Shown piece after piece: positions 10,296 to 18,738 of a DNA stretch of 64,000 bases. The stretch is taken from assembly GCA_012517255.1 (NCBI GenBank), contig JAAYVH010000002.1, forward strand, positions 6,137-70,136. The letters are read 5' to 3'. Origin of the DNA: Chthonomonadales bacterium (GTDB taxonomy: Bacteria; Armatimonadota; Chthonomonadetes; Chthonomonadales; CAJBBX01). The number at the start of each line of letters is the position of its first letter. Within the stretch, counting starts at the first letter, position 1. The notes beneath the pieces are model-generated. The model made no database searches, was not told the DNA's origin, and saw only the letters and a list, made by a program, of their open reading frames with translations. The translations under genes were made by a program, and so were the position numbers.

Positions 10296-11047
10296 CGGCT
10301 ACCGACGGCCCCATCGTCTCCATCAGGGGCCTGAGCAAGTGGTTCCATCGAGTCCACGCGCTCGACGATGTGAGCATGGAGATTGCCCGCGGCGAGGTGG
10401 TCGTCCTCATCGGACCCTCCGGCTGCGGCAAGAGCACCCTTCTCCGATGCATCAACGGTCTTGAGCGGCCCACCTCAGGAAGCGTCACGGTGTGCGGACA
10501 GAGCCCGACCGGCCATGACCACGATGTGAACCGGCTCCGGCGCAAGGTCGGCATGGTCTTCCAGCACTTCCATCTGTTCCCGCATCTGACCGCTCTGCAG
10601 AACGTTGCGCTCGCGCCGCGGCATGTCCTCGGCCTGTCGGAAGCCGAATGTCAGGAGCGCGCCAGCGCATTGCTCGACAAAGTCGGCCTATCCGGTCGCG
10701 GCGGCGCCTACCCGCACAAGCTCTCGGGCGGCCAACAGCAGCGCGTGGCCATTGCGCGCGCCCTCGCCATGGAGCCGGAACTCATGCTCTTCGATGAGCC
10801 CACGTCGGCGCTCGATCCGGAGCTTGTCGGCGAAGTGCTGGTCACCATGCGTCAGCTCGCAGCCGACGGCATGACCATGTGCGTGGTAACCCACGAGATG
10901 GGCTTTGCCCGGGATGTCGCCCATCGTGTGCTGTTCATGGACCACGGACGCATCGTCGAAGAGGGACCGCCCGCTCAGATTCTCACCAATCCTCGGGAGG
11001 GCCGCACCCGCGACTTTCTGGCGCGAGTGATCCGAGACAGCGGCTAG
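10280..11047 (+). CDS. amino-acid ABC transporter ATP-binding protein (GlnQ-like)
   Basis: Walker [13 protein letters not shown] signature [15 protein letters not shown], Walker [13 protein letters not shown]. The track ORF (9788-11047) is an upstream stop-free extension through the permease gene. The real start is ATG 10280 ([22 protein letters not shown]), overlapping the permease stop by 16 nt. Confidence 0.9.
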   Translation: MADQVTATDGPIVSIRGLSKWFHRVHALDDVSMEIARGEVVVLIGPSGCGKSTLLRCINGLERPTSGSVTVCGQSPTGHDHDVNRLRRKVGMVFQHFHLFPHLTALQNVALAPRHVLGLSEAECQERASALLDKVGLSGRGGAYPHKLSGGQQQRVAIARALAMEPELMLFDEPTSALDPELVGEVLVTMRQLAADGMTMCVVTHEMGFARDVAHRVLFMDHGRIVEEGPPAQILTNPREGRTRDFLARVIRDSG

Positions 11048-11068
11048 CCGATCGCGGTCCCGATTCGC
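11043..11068. repeat. left copy of a perfect 26-bp direct repeat (GCTAGCCGATCGCGGTCCCGATTCGC)
   Basis: Identical base-for-base to 14479-14504, with different flanking bases on both sides. It contains the last 5 nt (GC TAG) of the ABC ATPase gene. Confidence 0.95.
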
Positions 11069-11211
11069 TGGGTAAGCGCGTGACGGTAGCAACCCCCCGG
11101 GGATGATGCGCGACGTCACGCTTCGTCGCACCGCCTTAGCTACTGTGTGAATGCTGCTTTGCGCTGGGCGGTAGGGGATGGCCCGCGTGCGGCGCGGATA
11201 GGACGAACCCG

Positions 11212-12969
11212 CTACTTATCATCGAGCAGCTCGGGAGCGATGGCGCGGAGCGCCCGCTCAACCTCCTCATGCGTGCGACCCATGGCGAGCAGGAGAGCGC
11301 GGTAGGTTGCCAGTGCCGCTCGCAGGCGCGGATGCTCGTGACCCGTCGCGCGCTTGAAGGCAACGAGTATCTCAAGGGACCGCTGCATGAGCGGCTCGGC
11401 ATCGGCCAGGCGGTTCGTCGCCTTTAACAGCATAGCAAGGTTGTTGAGATCTGTGGCGACGATGGGATGGTCAGGCCCGTAGCTCGCCTCGTGTATCTGC
11501 AGTGCGCGCCGCAGGAGCGGCTCGGCCTCGGCCACCCGGTTCGTGGCCTGAAGTAGCTGAGCCAGGTTGTTGAGGCGGATGGCGACACTCGGGTGGTCAC
11601 GCCCGAAGCTGTCCTCGTCGATCTTCAGCGCCCGGCGTATGAGCGGCTCGGCCTCGGCCAGCCGGTTCGTGGCCTGAAGTAGCTGAGCCAGGTTGTTGAG
11701 GTAGCTGGCGACCTCGGGGTGGTCAGGCCCGTAGCTCGCCTCGCCGATCTGGAGCGCGCGCCGCATGAGTGCCTCGGCCTCGGCCAGGCGGTTCGTGGCC
11801 TTAAGGAACAGAGCCAGGTTGTTGAGGTCTCTGGCGACGTGGGGATGGTCAGGCCCGTAGCTCGCCTCGTTTATCTGGAGCGCCCTGCGCATGAGCGGTT
11901 CGGCTTCAGCCAGGCGGTTCGTGGCCTGAAGTAGCTGAGCCAGGTTGTTGAGGTCCCTGGCGACGTTGGGGTGGTCACGTCCGCAGCTCGCCGCGTCTAT
12001 TTGGAGCGCGCGCCGCATGAGCGCCTCCGCCTCGGCCAGGCGGTTCGTGTCCTGAAGCAACTGAGCAATGTTGTTGAGCACGGCCGCCACGTTCGGGTGG
12101 TCAGGCCCGGGGCTCGCCTCGACGATCTGCAGCGCCCTGCGCATGAGCGGCTCGGCCTCGGCCGGACGGTTCGTGGCCTTCAGTACCTGAGCCAGGTTGC
12201 TGATGTCGGTGGCGACCGCGGGGTGGTCCGGCCCGTAGCTCGCCTCATCAGTAGCCAATAGCCGCCTGTACAGTGCCTCAGCGCGCGTGTAGTCCCCGAT
12301 CAACTGGTAGAGGTAGGCAAGCTCGGTTTGCCATGCCGCCACATGAGGGCGCAGGCTCCCGGGAACGGGATCGGGCAGCCCCGCCAGGCGGGCCTCGAGC
12401 TCCGCGACGCGCGCTTTCTTCGCCTCGTAGGACAGCCCGTCGATGTGGGCATGGCCCGGAAATCCAGGAGCGCCAGGGTCGGCCTGCGCCAGCCGTTCGC
12501 CTGCGAACTCGAAGGTGTGGCTCCTATAGCGCCAGAAGTCCGGCGCCGCTCTGGCCAGCAGCCCCACGGCGTACTCGGGCAGCCAGATCACCACCGGGCA
12601 TCCTAGCGCAGGCCACAGGTCGCGGGACGCGTTAAGCGCGCGCAGCGCGGGCTGATCTTTGCCGTCGAAGGGCACGGCCCGCTCCAGGTCGAGGACGAAC
12701 ACCGCCGGCGGCTGTTTGGCGCCGCACGCCGCGCGCACAGACGAGAGCACGTCGCGGTCCTCGAGCCCAGGGCGCGCGCATACGATGCCGGGGAAGTCCT
12801 CCAGCAGCGCGCCGATCGCCTCGTCGCGTGCCCCCACCGTGGCGTACACGGCAATCGCCAGCGAGAAGCCGCCGTGGGCCGCACGGAGGAAGCGGCGCAT
12901 GGCCTCGAGCTCCGCGGCGTTGCGGGCCGCGAGGACGGGAACCGGAACGTCAGCGGCGCGCGCGGTCAC
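11212..12969 (-). CDS. tetratricopeptide-repeat protein: about 190-aa N-terminal domain of unknown type plus eight 42-aa TPR units (TPR_10/TPR_12, kinesin-light-chain-like)
   Basis: 585-aa ORF with a GTG start 4 nt after the stop of the upstream ATPase gene. Eight consecutive units follow the pattern NNLAxLLxATNRLAEAEPLMRRALxIxEASYGPDHPxVA. I recognise no motif in the N-terminal region (aa 1-190). Confidence 0.9.
   Translation of the reverse strand: MTARAADVPVPVLAARNAAELEAMRRFLRAAHGGFSLAIAVYATVGARDEAIGALLEDFPGIVCARPGLEDRDVLSSVRAACGAKQPPAVFVLDLERAVPFDGKDQPALRALNASRDLWPALGCPVVIWLPEYAVGLLARAAPDFWRYRSHTFEFAGERLAQADPGAPGFPGHAHIDGLSYEAKKARVAELEARLAGLPDPVPGSLRPHVAAWQTELAYLYQLIGDYTRAEALYRRLLATDEASYGPDHPAVATDISNLAQVLKATNRPAEAEPLMRRALQIVEASPGPDHPNVAAVLNNIAQLLQDTNRLAEAEALMRRALQIDAASCGRDHPNVARDLNNLAQLLQATNRLAEAEPLMRRALQINEASYGPDHPHVARDLNNLALFLKATNRLAEAEALMRRALQIGEASYGPDHPEVASYLNNLAQLLQATNRLAEAEPLIRRALKIDEDSFGRDHPSVAIRLNNLAQLLQATNRVAEAEPLLRRALQIHEASYGPDHPIVATDLNNLAMLLKATNRLADAEPLMQRSLEILVAFKRATGHEHPRLRAALATYRALLLAMGRTHEEVERALRAIAPELLDDK
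11302..12327 (-). repeat. 126-bp-period tandem repeat (coding; the 8 TPR units)
   Basis: The nucleotide-level periodicity is obvious. For example, the stretch from 11515 (gagcggctcggcctcggccacccggttcgtggcctgaagtagctgagccaggttgttgagg) recurs from 11641 with one mismatch, and from 11893 with a few. The most conserved core is about 11425-12201. Confidence 0.9.
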
Positions 12970-12973
12970 GGGC

Positions 12974-14263
12974 CTAGACGACGCCGCGCGCCGCCGGGTT
13001 CACGTCATACCACTCGTCGTCGTTCATGTAGAGCAGCACTGTGCGGTTCTGCAGCAGATCGCGTAGCAGCGGCTCGGTCTCGTTGGAGCGCGTCACGTTG
13101 CCCGTCTCGGCCGCCTCCTTCAGCAGCGGCTTGTGCTCCTCCATCAGGAGCCGCGCGTACCCGCGCTCGGACTCGGTGATGCACCTCCTCAGGCCGGCTT
13201 GACCTATGGGAAGCCCGTCCGCGATCATGGCCTCGCGGATCATCGTCATGAGCTCGGACGGCTGACCGCCGCTGAACAGTATCATCTCGCGCAACGTCCC
13301 GTCCTGGAACAGATCGTCGAGAGCGGCGCCGGCGGCTTCGGCGCGCTTGCCCACGAGGTCGGTCAACAGCGTTATGCCTTCCTCGTAGGGCGCTCGATCC
13401 GGAGGCGGAGTGGTCACTTTCGTCATCGGCACCATGTGGATCACGCCGCCGTAACGCTGGCGGATCGTTGGTTCGTGGCATGAGTAGGCAAGCTCGATGG
13501 GAATGCTATAGACCATGTGGCACGCCAGGCCGGTGAGCTGCGCCGAGCGATGCACGAACAGGTACTCGGTGGTGGGACAGCCCGCTTCCGTATGCGGGCG
13601 CGTGATCATCTTGTCGAGGTCGTCCACGATCACAACGAGGCCCGCTTTTCCTTCTTTATCCAACGCAAGAGCGGCCTCGCCGAAGAAGTCGTTCGCCGCC
13701 TGCAGCAGCGTTCCGGTGTGGGGCTCCAGGGCTTTGCGCACCTCGGAGCGCGCGTCGGGGCTGTTCTTCACGGCGACGCCGATCCTGCCGAGAGGCGTGA
13801 CCAGGTCGCCGCCGGTGATCTCGACCTCTGTGCCCAGAGCCTTCTTGAGTCGCGGCAGCAGTTCCTGGAAGTAGCCCGGCCTCAGTTTGATGCGGTAGGG
13901 CGCGCCGCCCAGCGTCGCGGCCACCTGCTGGACGATGGCGAGAATGAGCTCAGGAACGTCCACGTCGTTGGGGTCGAGCACATCCAGTGCGCGCAGGGTG
14001 ACGACGGCGTAGGTCGAGTCCTTCGCATCCTCAGGATGCGTCAGCTCCCTGCCGAGCCGCCAGAGCTCGGTGGACTTGCCGCTGCCCCGATGCCCCGCAA
14101 TCACCTGGCACGTGGGCGGGTCCGAAAGCCGGATCTTCTGCGCCATGCGCCGGACAAGCCCGGCGCTGCCACGCACGGAATCGAGGTTGACGTAAAGGTC
14201 GGCCCGGTCATCCCCGAGCGGGGCGGGGTCGAAGAGCTTGTAGACTCGTTTCATGTCCGCCAT
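12974..14263 (-). CDS. P-loop NTPase (STAND / ORC-Cdc6 / 'archaeal ATPase'-like AAA domain) with a helical C-terminal region
   Basis: Walker A in VIAGHRGSGKSTELWRLG, Walker B-like GLVVIVDDLDKM. I moved the start from 14305 to ATG 14263 (MADMKRVYKLFDP...) because GAGGAGG lies 7 nt upstream. I recognise no effector domain. Confidence 0.85.
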   Translation of the reverse strand: MADMKRVYKLFDPAPLGDDRADLYVNLDSVRGSAGLVRRMAQKIRLSDPPTCQVIAGHRGSGKSTELWRLGRELTHPEDAKDSTYAVVTLRALDVLDPNDVDVPELILAIVQQVAATLGGAPYRIKLRPGYFQELLPRLKKALGTEVEITGGDLVTPLGRIGVAVKNSPDARSEVRKALEPHTGTLLQAANDFFGEAALALDKEGKAGLVVIVDDLDKMITRPHTEAGCPTTEYLFVHRSAQLTGLACHMVYSIPIELAYSCHEPTIRQRYGGVIHMVPMTKVTTPPPDRAPYEEGITLLTDLVGKRAEAAGAALDDLFQDGTLREMILFSGGQPSELMTMIREAMIADGLPIGQAGLRRCITESERGYARLLMEEHKPLLKEAAETGNVTRSNETEPLLRDLLQNRTVLLYMNDDEWYDVNPAARGVV

Positions 14264-14478
14264 GGACGACCTCCTCGGCGTGGGCGACGCATCGCTTGCG
14301 CGCATACGCCTCGAATCATACCAGCCTTGCGGTCGTCATGCTTCGCGGCGCTTGACGAGACTCCGTGCTGCATTTCGAGGCACACTCATGACCGATGGGG
14401 CCCCCGGAGCTGTCACGTTTGACGACGACAGCATATCCAGGGTCAGCCCCTCATTACCCAACCTGTAGGTCCAACACC

Positions 14479-14504
14479 GCTAGCCGATCGCGGTCCCGAT
14501 TCGC
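14479..14504. repeat. right copy of the perfect 26-bp direct repeat
   Basis: GCTAGCCGATCGCGGTCCCGATTCGC, identical to 11043-11068. Here it forms the 3' end (RIGTAIG plus stop) of the minus-strand gene 14480-15295. Confidence 0.95.
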
Positions 14505-15295
14505 AGCGCCCTGATGAACTCGTCTACGTCGAACACGAACCCGAACGCAAGAGCGACTCGCCACAGCGCGATCTCCTTGCAGAGCTCGTAGCGGGCCGTC
14601 TCCTTGTTCTCGACAGCGGTGACCGCCTGACGCAGCGCCGAGCACATAACCCCGCGAGCCGCCATCTCGTGCATGCCGCCCGGCGACAGCAGCAGGCACC
14701 AGTTGATCGCGAAACCCGCATAGACCAGGTGGTTGACACCGAAGTGACGGCATAGAGCGAACAGCTCGTGCCCATTCTCTGCGATGGGCTCATCGCCGAC
14801 GGGACGCGCCTCAGCGGCGAAGTCCAGCGCCCTGAAGCCCCGGGAAACATCGTCTTCATTGTGCGCGCCGACGAACACGTGCGCCGCCCGGAATGCCTGC
14901 AGTCGCCGGAGGCTCTCATCTGCCTCCATGCACTCTGGATGGGCCGGCGCCGGACCAGCAAGCGACCGCGCGAACGCATGCCCCGGCAGGCGCCGGTAGT
15001 AGTCGCCTCCGCCGACAACATGGAACAACCGCAGGCCGCATGCGCGCACAGCCTCGAGCAGCGGCGGCATGACCTCGCGCAAGATGGCCTGAGCTCGCGG
15101 CATGTACTCTACGGCGCGCCACCAACCGGGATACCGCTCAGGCGTTCCTGTGTCCCACGCGTGCATGACGACGAGCGCCGTCCGTTCGGGCGCGATCTCG
15201 ATCTCCGCGGTGCCCCATCCGCCATAGCCCTCTGCGGGCACGTCCAGACTATAGTCGGCGTCGAACTGCCGATAGTAATGGGCTTGGAGCTTCAT
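14480..15295 (-). CDS. isochorismatase-like / cysteine-hydrolase-family protein (tentative)
   Basis: 271-aa ORF. TALVVMHAWDTG and LVYAGFAINWCLLLSPGG resemble the isochorismatase-family beta-strand/Asp and nucleophile-Cys regions. The assignment is by eye only and there is no obvious SD. Confidence 0.55.
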   Translation of the reverse strand: MKLQAHYYRQFDADYSLDVPAEGYGGWGTAEIEIAPERTALVVMHAWDTGTPERYPGWWRAVEYMPRAQAILREVMPPLLEAVRACGLRLFHVVGGGDYYRRLPGHAFARSLAGPAPAHPECMEADESLRRLQAFRAAHVFVGAHNEDDVSRGFRALDFAAEARPVGDEPIAENGHELFALCRHFGVNHLVYAGFAINWCLLLSPGGMHEMAARGVMCSALRQAVTAVENKETARYELCKEIALWRVALAFGFVFDVDEFIRALRIGTAIG

Positions 15296-15414
15296 CGTTG
15301 CTGGATTCTGCGCGGAGGCCGGTGGTCCTCCTGTCCGATGGATCGGTTCATGCAGGACTCATAACCCGCGCAGCCGAACCATTCGGCACATCGTTCGGCA
15401 AGGAGAGAGTTCGT

Positions 15415-18400
15415 ATGCGCATCCGTTATCGCCTGCTGCCTCCGGCATGGATGCTTGGTGCGCTGATTCTTGTGCACGGCATGGCCATCGCGGCGCCGGA
15501 TCCACTGGCCGACGCGTTCAGAAATCCACCGGATTCAGCCAAGCCGCACACGTGGTGGCACTGGCTCAACGGCAACACGAGCAAGGCCGGCATCACCGCC
15601 GACCTCGAAGCCATGAAGCGCGCCGGCATCGGCGGGGCCCAGATCTTCAACGTAGACTGCGGCATACCCGACGGCCCGGTCCCCGTGATGAGCGAGGAGT
15701 GGCGCGAGCACACCAGGCACGCGATCGCCGAGGCCGCTCGGCTCGGCATCGAACTGTGCATCCACAACTGCCCCGGATGGTCGAGCAGCGGCGGCCCGTG
15801 GGTGAAGCCCGAACACGCCATGCAGATGCTGACCTGGTCCGAGCAGACCGTGACGGGCCCTCGAAGGCTCGAGGTTACGCTCGGACAGCCGAACACGAGG
15901 CGTGGCTTCTATCGCGACATTGCCGCGTTCGGCATTCCGGTGCCCGGAGACCCCGCTTCAGCATCCTATCGCATCGAGGGCATCGGCCCCAAGGCCGGCT
16001 ATGATCGTCCTCCCAGACGAGACCCGGATCCCAGACCCGGCGCGCCGCCGGGCATACCCGCAAGGAGCGTCGTGAATCTGACCGACAGAATGGACAGCAG
16101 CGGCAAGCTCGTCTGGGATGTGCCCGCGGGCGAGTGGGTCATCCTGCGGATCGGCCATACATGCACGGGCGCGCAGAACGCGCCGGCGCCCGAGACCGGA
16201 CGCGGTCTCGAAGTGGACAAGCTGAGCCGCGAGGCCATGGACGCATTCTGGCCCGGCTTCATGGGGGTCGTGCTCGAGCAGGCCGGTGACCTGGCCGGCA
16301 AGGTGCTCAACAACGCACTCATAGACAGCTATGAGACCGGCTATCAGAACTGGACGCCGCGCTTCCGCGAGGAGTTCATCCGGCTCCGAGGCTACGATCC
16401 TCTGCCGTATCTGCCCGTGGTAACCGGACGCGTGATCGAAAGTCTGGAGATTAGCGAGCGCTTCCTGTGGGACTTCCGGCGCACGGTCTCGGACCTCTGG
16501 GCGACCAACTACTACCAGTACTTCGCCGAGCTCTGCCGCAAGCACGGCCTGATGTTCTCCGTGGAGCCCTACGGCAACGGAACGTTCGACAACCTGCAGT
16601 GCGGCGGCCTGGCCGATGTGCCCATGGGCGAGTTCTGGGTCCCGAACGCCGGCGCCGGCGAGACGCTGAAGATCGCCGCATCGGCGGCCCACACCAACGC
16701 GCGCAAGTACGTCGGCGCCGAATCCTTCACGGCAGACGAGAGCCGCGGGCGTTGGCTGGTTGAACCCTACAGCATCAAAGCGCTGGGCGATATGGTCTTC
16801 ACGCAGGGGATCAATCGCTATATCTTCCATCGCTACGCCCATCAGCCGTGGAACGGGCTGTACCCCGGCATGACCATGGGACCCTGGGGCACGCATCTGG
16901 AGCGGACTATCACGTGGTGGGATCAGGCCCACGCATGGTTCCGGTACATCGCGCGCTGCCAGTACCTGCTGCAATCCGGCCTGTTCGTTGCCGATGCATG
17001 CTACTTCGTCGGCGACGCCGGGCCCAACGATCTGCCTGGACGACAGGGTCTCCAGCCGGCGTTGCCCACCGGCTACGACTATGACGGTTGCGACGCCACC
17101 GTGCTCCTCAACCGCATGTCGGTCCAGAACGGCCGCATCGTCCTCCCGGACGGCATGAGCTACGGGGTGCTCGTGCTGCCCTCTAGCAAGTACATGACCC
17201 CTGCCGTTGCACGCAAGATCCGCGATCTTGTCCGTGCCGGCGCCACCGTGGTGGGTCCCAGGCCCGAGCAGTCGCCGAGCCTTGTCGGCTACCCGCAATG
17301 TGATGCCGAGGTCCGTGCCATCGGCAACGAGGTCTGGGGCAAATGCGACGGGACCACGGTCAAGCAGAACCGGTATGGCAAGGGACGGGTGATGTGGGGG
17401 GTCTCGATGCCCGAGGTGTTCGCGGCGTTGGGCACGCAGCCGGACTTCGAGTATAGCGCTCCGGGCGGCGCCAAGCTCGTCTACATCCATCGGCGCATCG
17501 GCAAGGCAGAGGTCTACTTCGTGTCCAACCAGCAGTACCGCACCGTCAACGTCGCCATGCGTTTCCGCGTCAAGGGCATGCTCCCTGAGCTCTGGCATGC
17601 CGACACCGGCGAGGCGACGATTGCTCCTGTCTGGCGGCAGGAAGGCGGACGAACGGTTGTATCCATGCGCATGGATCCCGCACAGTCGGTGTTCGTGGTC
17701 TTCAGGAAGTCGGCGACTGGCAACCACGTGGTGGCAGTCGACCGCACAGGCCCGGACGCACCGAAAGCCGCCGAAGAGCGCATCGTGGTCACGCTCGCGC
17801 GCTATGAAGCGCAGGACGGCAGCCGCGGCGCAGACGTAACCCAAAAGGTCAGGTCGCTCGTAGCCGAAGGCCAGACCGAGATCGCGGCCTCCAATGAGAA
17901 CTTCGGTGACCCCGTACCGCTCGTTGTCAAGCGTCTGCGTGTAGAATGGACCCTTAACGGCAAGCCCATGAAAGCGACTGCGGACGAGGGCGGCTCCATC
18001 GAGCTCGGCACGCGGGCGCGCTCGGCAACCGTCGCCGACTATGACCTTCGCACCGCGGGTAGCGGTTTGCTCAACCTGATCCCGTGGCAGACCGGAGCCT
18101 ATGCTCTCCGTACGGCATCCGGGCGCACGCGAACGATCACCGTCGCGGATCGTCCCGCCGAAGTCCGCATCGAGGGACCGTGGACGGTGCGATTCACTCC
18201 CGGATGGGGTGCACCGGATCAGGTCGTCTTTCCAGCCCTCATGTCATGGACGGACCATGAGGCAGAGGGGGTGCGCTACTACTCAGGGTCGGCGATCTAC
18301 GAGAAGCAGATCAGCGTTCCGGCGTCGGCGCTTGGCAAGGGACGCCATGTGGTGCTCGATCTGGGGGTCGTCAAGAACTTCGCCGAGGTCGCCGTCAACG

Positions 18401-18732
18401 GCAAGGAGCTGGGAGTGCTCTGGAAGGCGCCGTTCCGCGTGGACGTGACCGCCGTGCTGCGTCCCGGCCCCAATACGCTCAGGATCCGCGTGACGAACCT
18501 CTGGCCCAATCGCCTCATCGGTGATGAGCAGAAGCCCGGGGACATCGAATGGCGCGGTAACACGATCGCTGGCTGGCCCGACTGGCTATGGTCCGGGCAG
18601 CCGCGCCCGAAAACCGATCGGTTCACCTTCACCACCTGGCGATTCTGGTGGAAAGACAGCCCGTTGCTCGAATCCGGCCTGCTGGGTCCTGTCGTAGTCC
18701 GGTCCGCCAGGATCGTGCCTGTGCGTCTGTAG
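15415..18732 (+). CDS. secreted glycosyl hydrolase, GH106 (alpha-L-rhamnosidase)-like / 'glycosylhydrolase-like jelly-roll' family
   Basis: I moved the start to ATG 15415 (AGGAGAG at 15401-15407). Signal peptide MRIRYRLLPPAWMLGALILVHGMAIAAPDP. The opening FRNPPDSAKPHTWWHWLNGNTSKAGITADLEAMKRAGIGGAQIFNV is typical of this family. About 1,100 aa. The family-level call is from memory of the motif. Confidence 0.75.
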   Translation: MRIRYRLLPPAWMLGALILVHGMAIAAPDPLADAFRNPPDSAKPHTWWHWLNGNTSKAGITADLEAMKRAGIGGAQIFNVDCGIPDGPVPVMSEEWREHTRHAIAEAARLGIELCIHNCPGWSSSGGPWVKPEHAMQMLTWSEQTVTGPRRLEVTLGQPNTRRGFYRDIAAFGIPVPGDPASASYRIEGIGPKAGYDRPPRRDPDPRPGAPPGIPARSVVNLTDRMDSSGKLVWDVPAGEWVILRIGHTCTGAQNAPAPETGRGLEVDKLSREAMDAFWPGFMGVVLEQAGDLAGKVLNNALIDSYETGYQNWTPRFREEFIRLRGYDPLPYLPVVTGRVIESLEISERFLWDFRRTVSDLWATNYYQYFAELCRKHGLMFSVEPYGNGTFDNLQCGGLADVPMGEFWVPNAGAGETLKIAASAAHTNARKYVGAESFTADESRGRWLVEPYSIKALGDMVFTQGINRYIFHRYAHQPWNGLYPGMTMGPWGTHLERTITWWDQAHAWFRYIARCQYLLQSGLFVADACYFVGDAGPNDLPGRQGLQPALPTGYDYDGCDATVLLNRMSVQNGRIVLPDGMSYGVLVLPSSKYMTPAVARKIRDLVRAGATVVGPRPEQSPSLVGYPQCDAEVRAIGNEVWGKCDGTTVKQNRYGKGRVMWGVSMPEVFAALGTQPDFEYSAPGGAKLVYIHRRIGKAEVYFVSNQQYRTVNVAMRFRVKGMLPELWHADTGEATIAPVWRQEGGRTVVSMRMDPAQSVFVVFRKSATGNHVVAVDRTGPDAPKAAEERIVVTLARYEAQDGSRGADVTQKVRSLVAEGQTEIAASNENFGDPVPLVVKRLRVEWTLNGKPMKATADEGGSIELGTRARSATVADYDLRTAGSGLLNLIPWQTGAYALRTASGRTRTITVADRPAEVRIEGPWTVRFTPGWGAPDQVVFPALMSWTDHEAEGVRYYSGSAIYEKQISVPASALGKGRHVVLDLGVVKNFAEVAVNGKELGVLWKAPFRVDVTAVLRPGPNTLRIRVTNLWPNRLIGDEQKPGDIEWRGNTIAGWPDWLWSGQPRPKTDRFTFTTWRFWWKDSPLLESGLLGPVVVRSARIVPVRL

Positions 18733-18738
18733 GTTCCG

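Larger units (their letters stand above)
11069..14478. mobile_element. 3,410-bp insert between the two 26-bp direct repeats (cargo is the P-loop ATPase plus TPR protein; no mobility gene)
   Basis: Bounded by the perfect 26-bp direct repeats. Removing the insert plus one repeat copy restores two intact convergent genes with interlocking stops (GGCTAGCC). I see no integrase, transposase or terminal inverted repeats inside, so the 'mobile element' call rests on insertion structure alone. Confidence 0.45.

Noticed and set aside
11076-11121. Inverted repeat GCGTGACG...CGTCACGC (8-bp stem, 28-nt loop containing CCCCCCGGGG) and a second small hairpin CCGCG-N5-CGCGG at complement ~11187-11201, considered as terminators or as terminal inverted repeats of the insert
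   Set aside because: No matching inverted sequence exists at the right end of the insert (14440-14478), so they are not TIRs. The long loop and missing U-tract make a terminator call unsupported. Mentioned only as context for the insert.
11302-12327. Regularly spaced repeats, checked as a possible CRISPR array
   Set aside because: The period is 126 bp, the repeats are contiguous with no unique spacers, and the whole region is one open frame encoding 42-aa TPR units. It is not a CRISPR array.
13517-14422. 301-aa plus-strand ORF inside the insert, considered as a possible third cargo gene (for example an effector or integrase)
   Set aside because: It is wholly antisense to the P-loop ATPase gene. 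It has Arg/Gly/His-rich shadow composition, no SD and no recombinase or nuclease motifs.
14253-14468. 71-aa plus-strand ORF in the 215-bp region between the ATPase start and the right direct repeat (possible small regulator or antitoxin)
   Set aside because: No SD, no recognisable HTH or other motif, and it overlaps the ATPase start region. I also found no convincing -35/-10 pair for the ATPase gene here (the best candidate is TATGAT at complement 14314-14319, with no -35). Left unannotated.
15958-17844. 628-aa minus-strand ORF
   Set aside because: Antisense to the GH106-like gene. No motifs, and Arg/Ala/Gly/His-rich.
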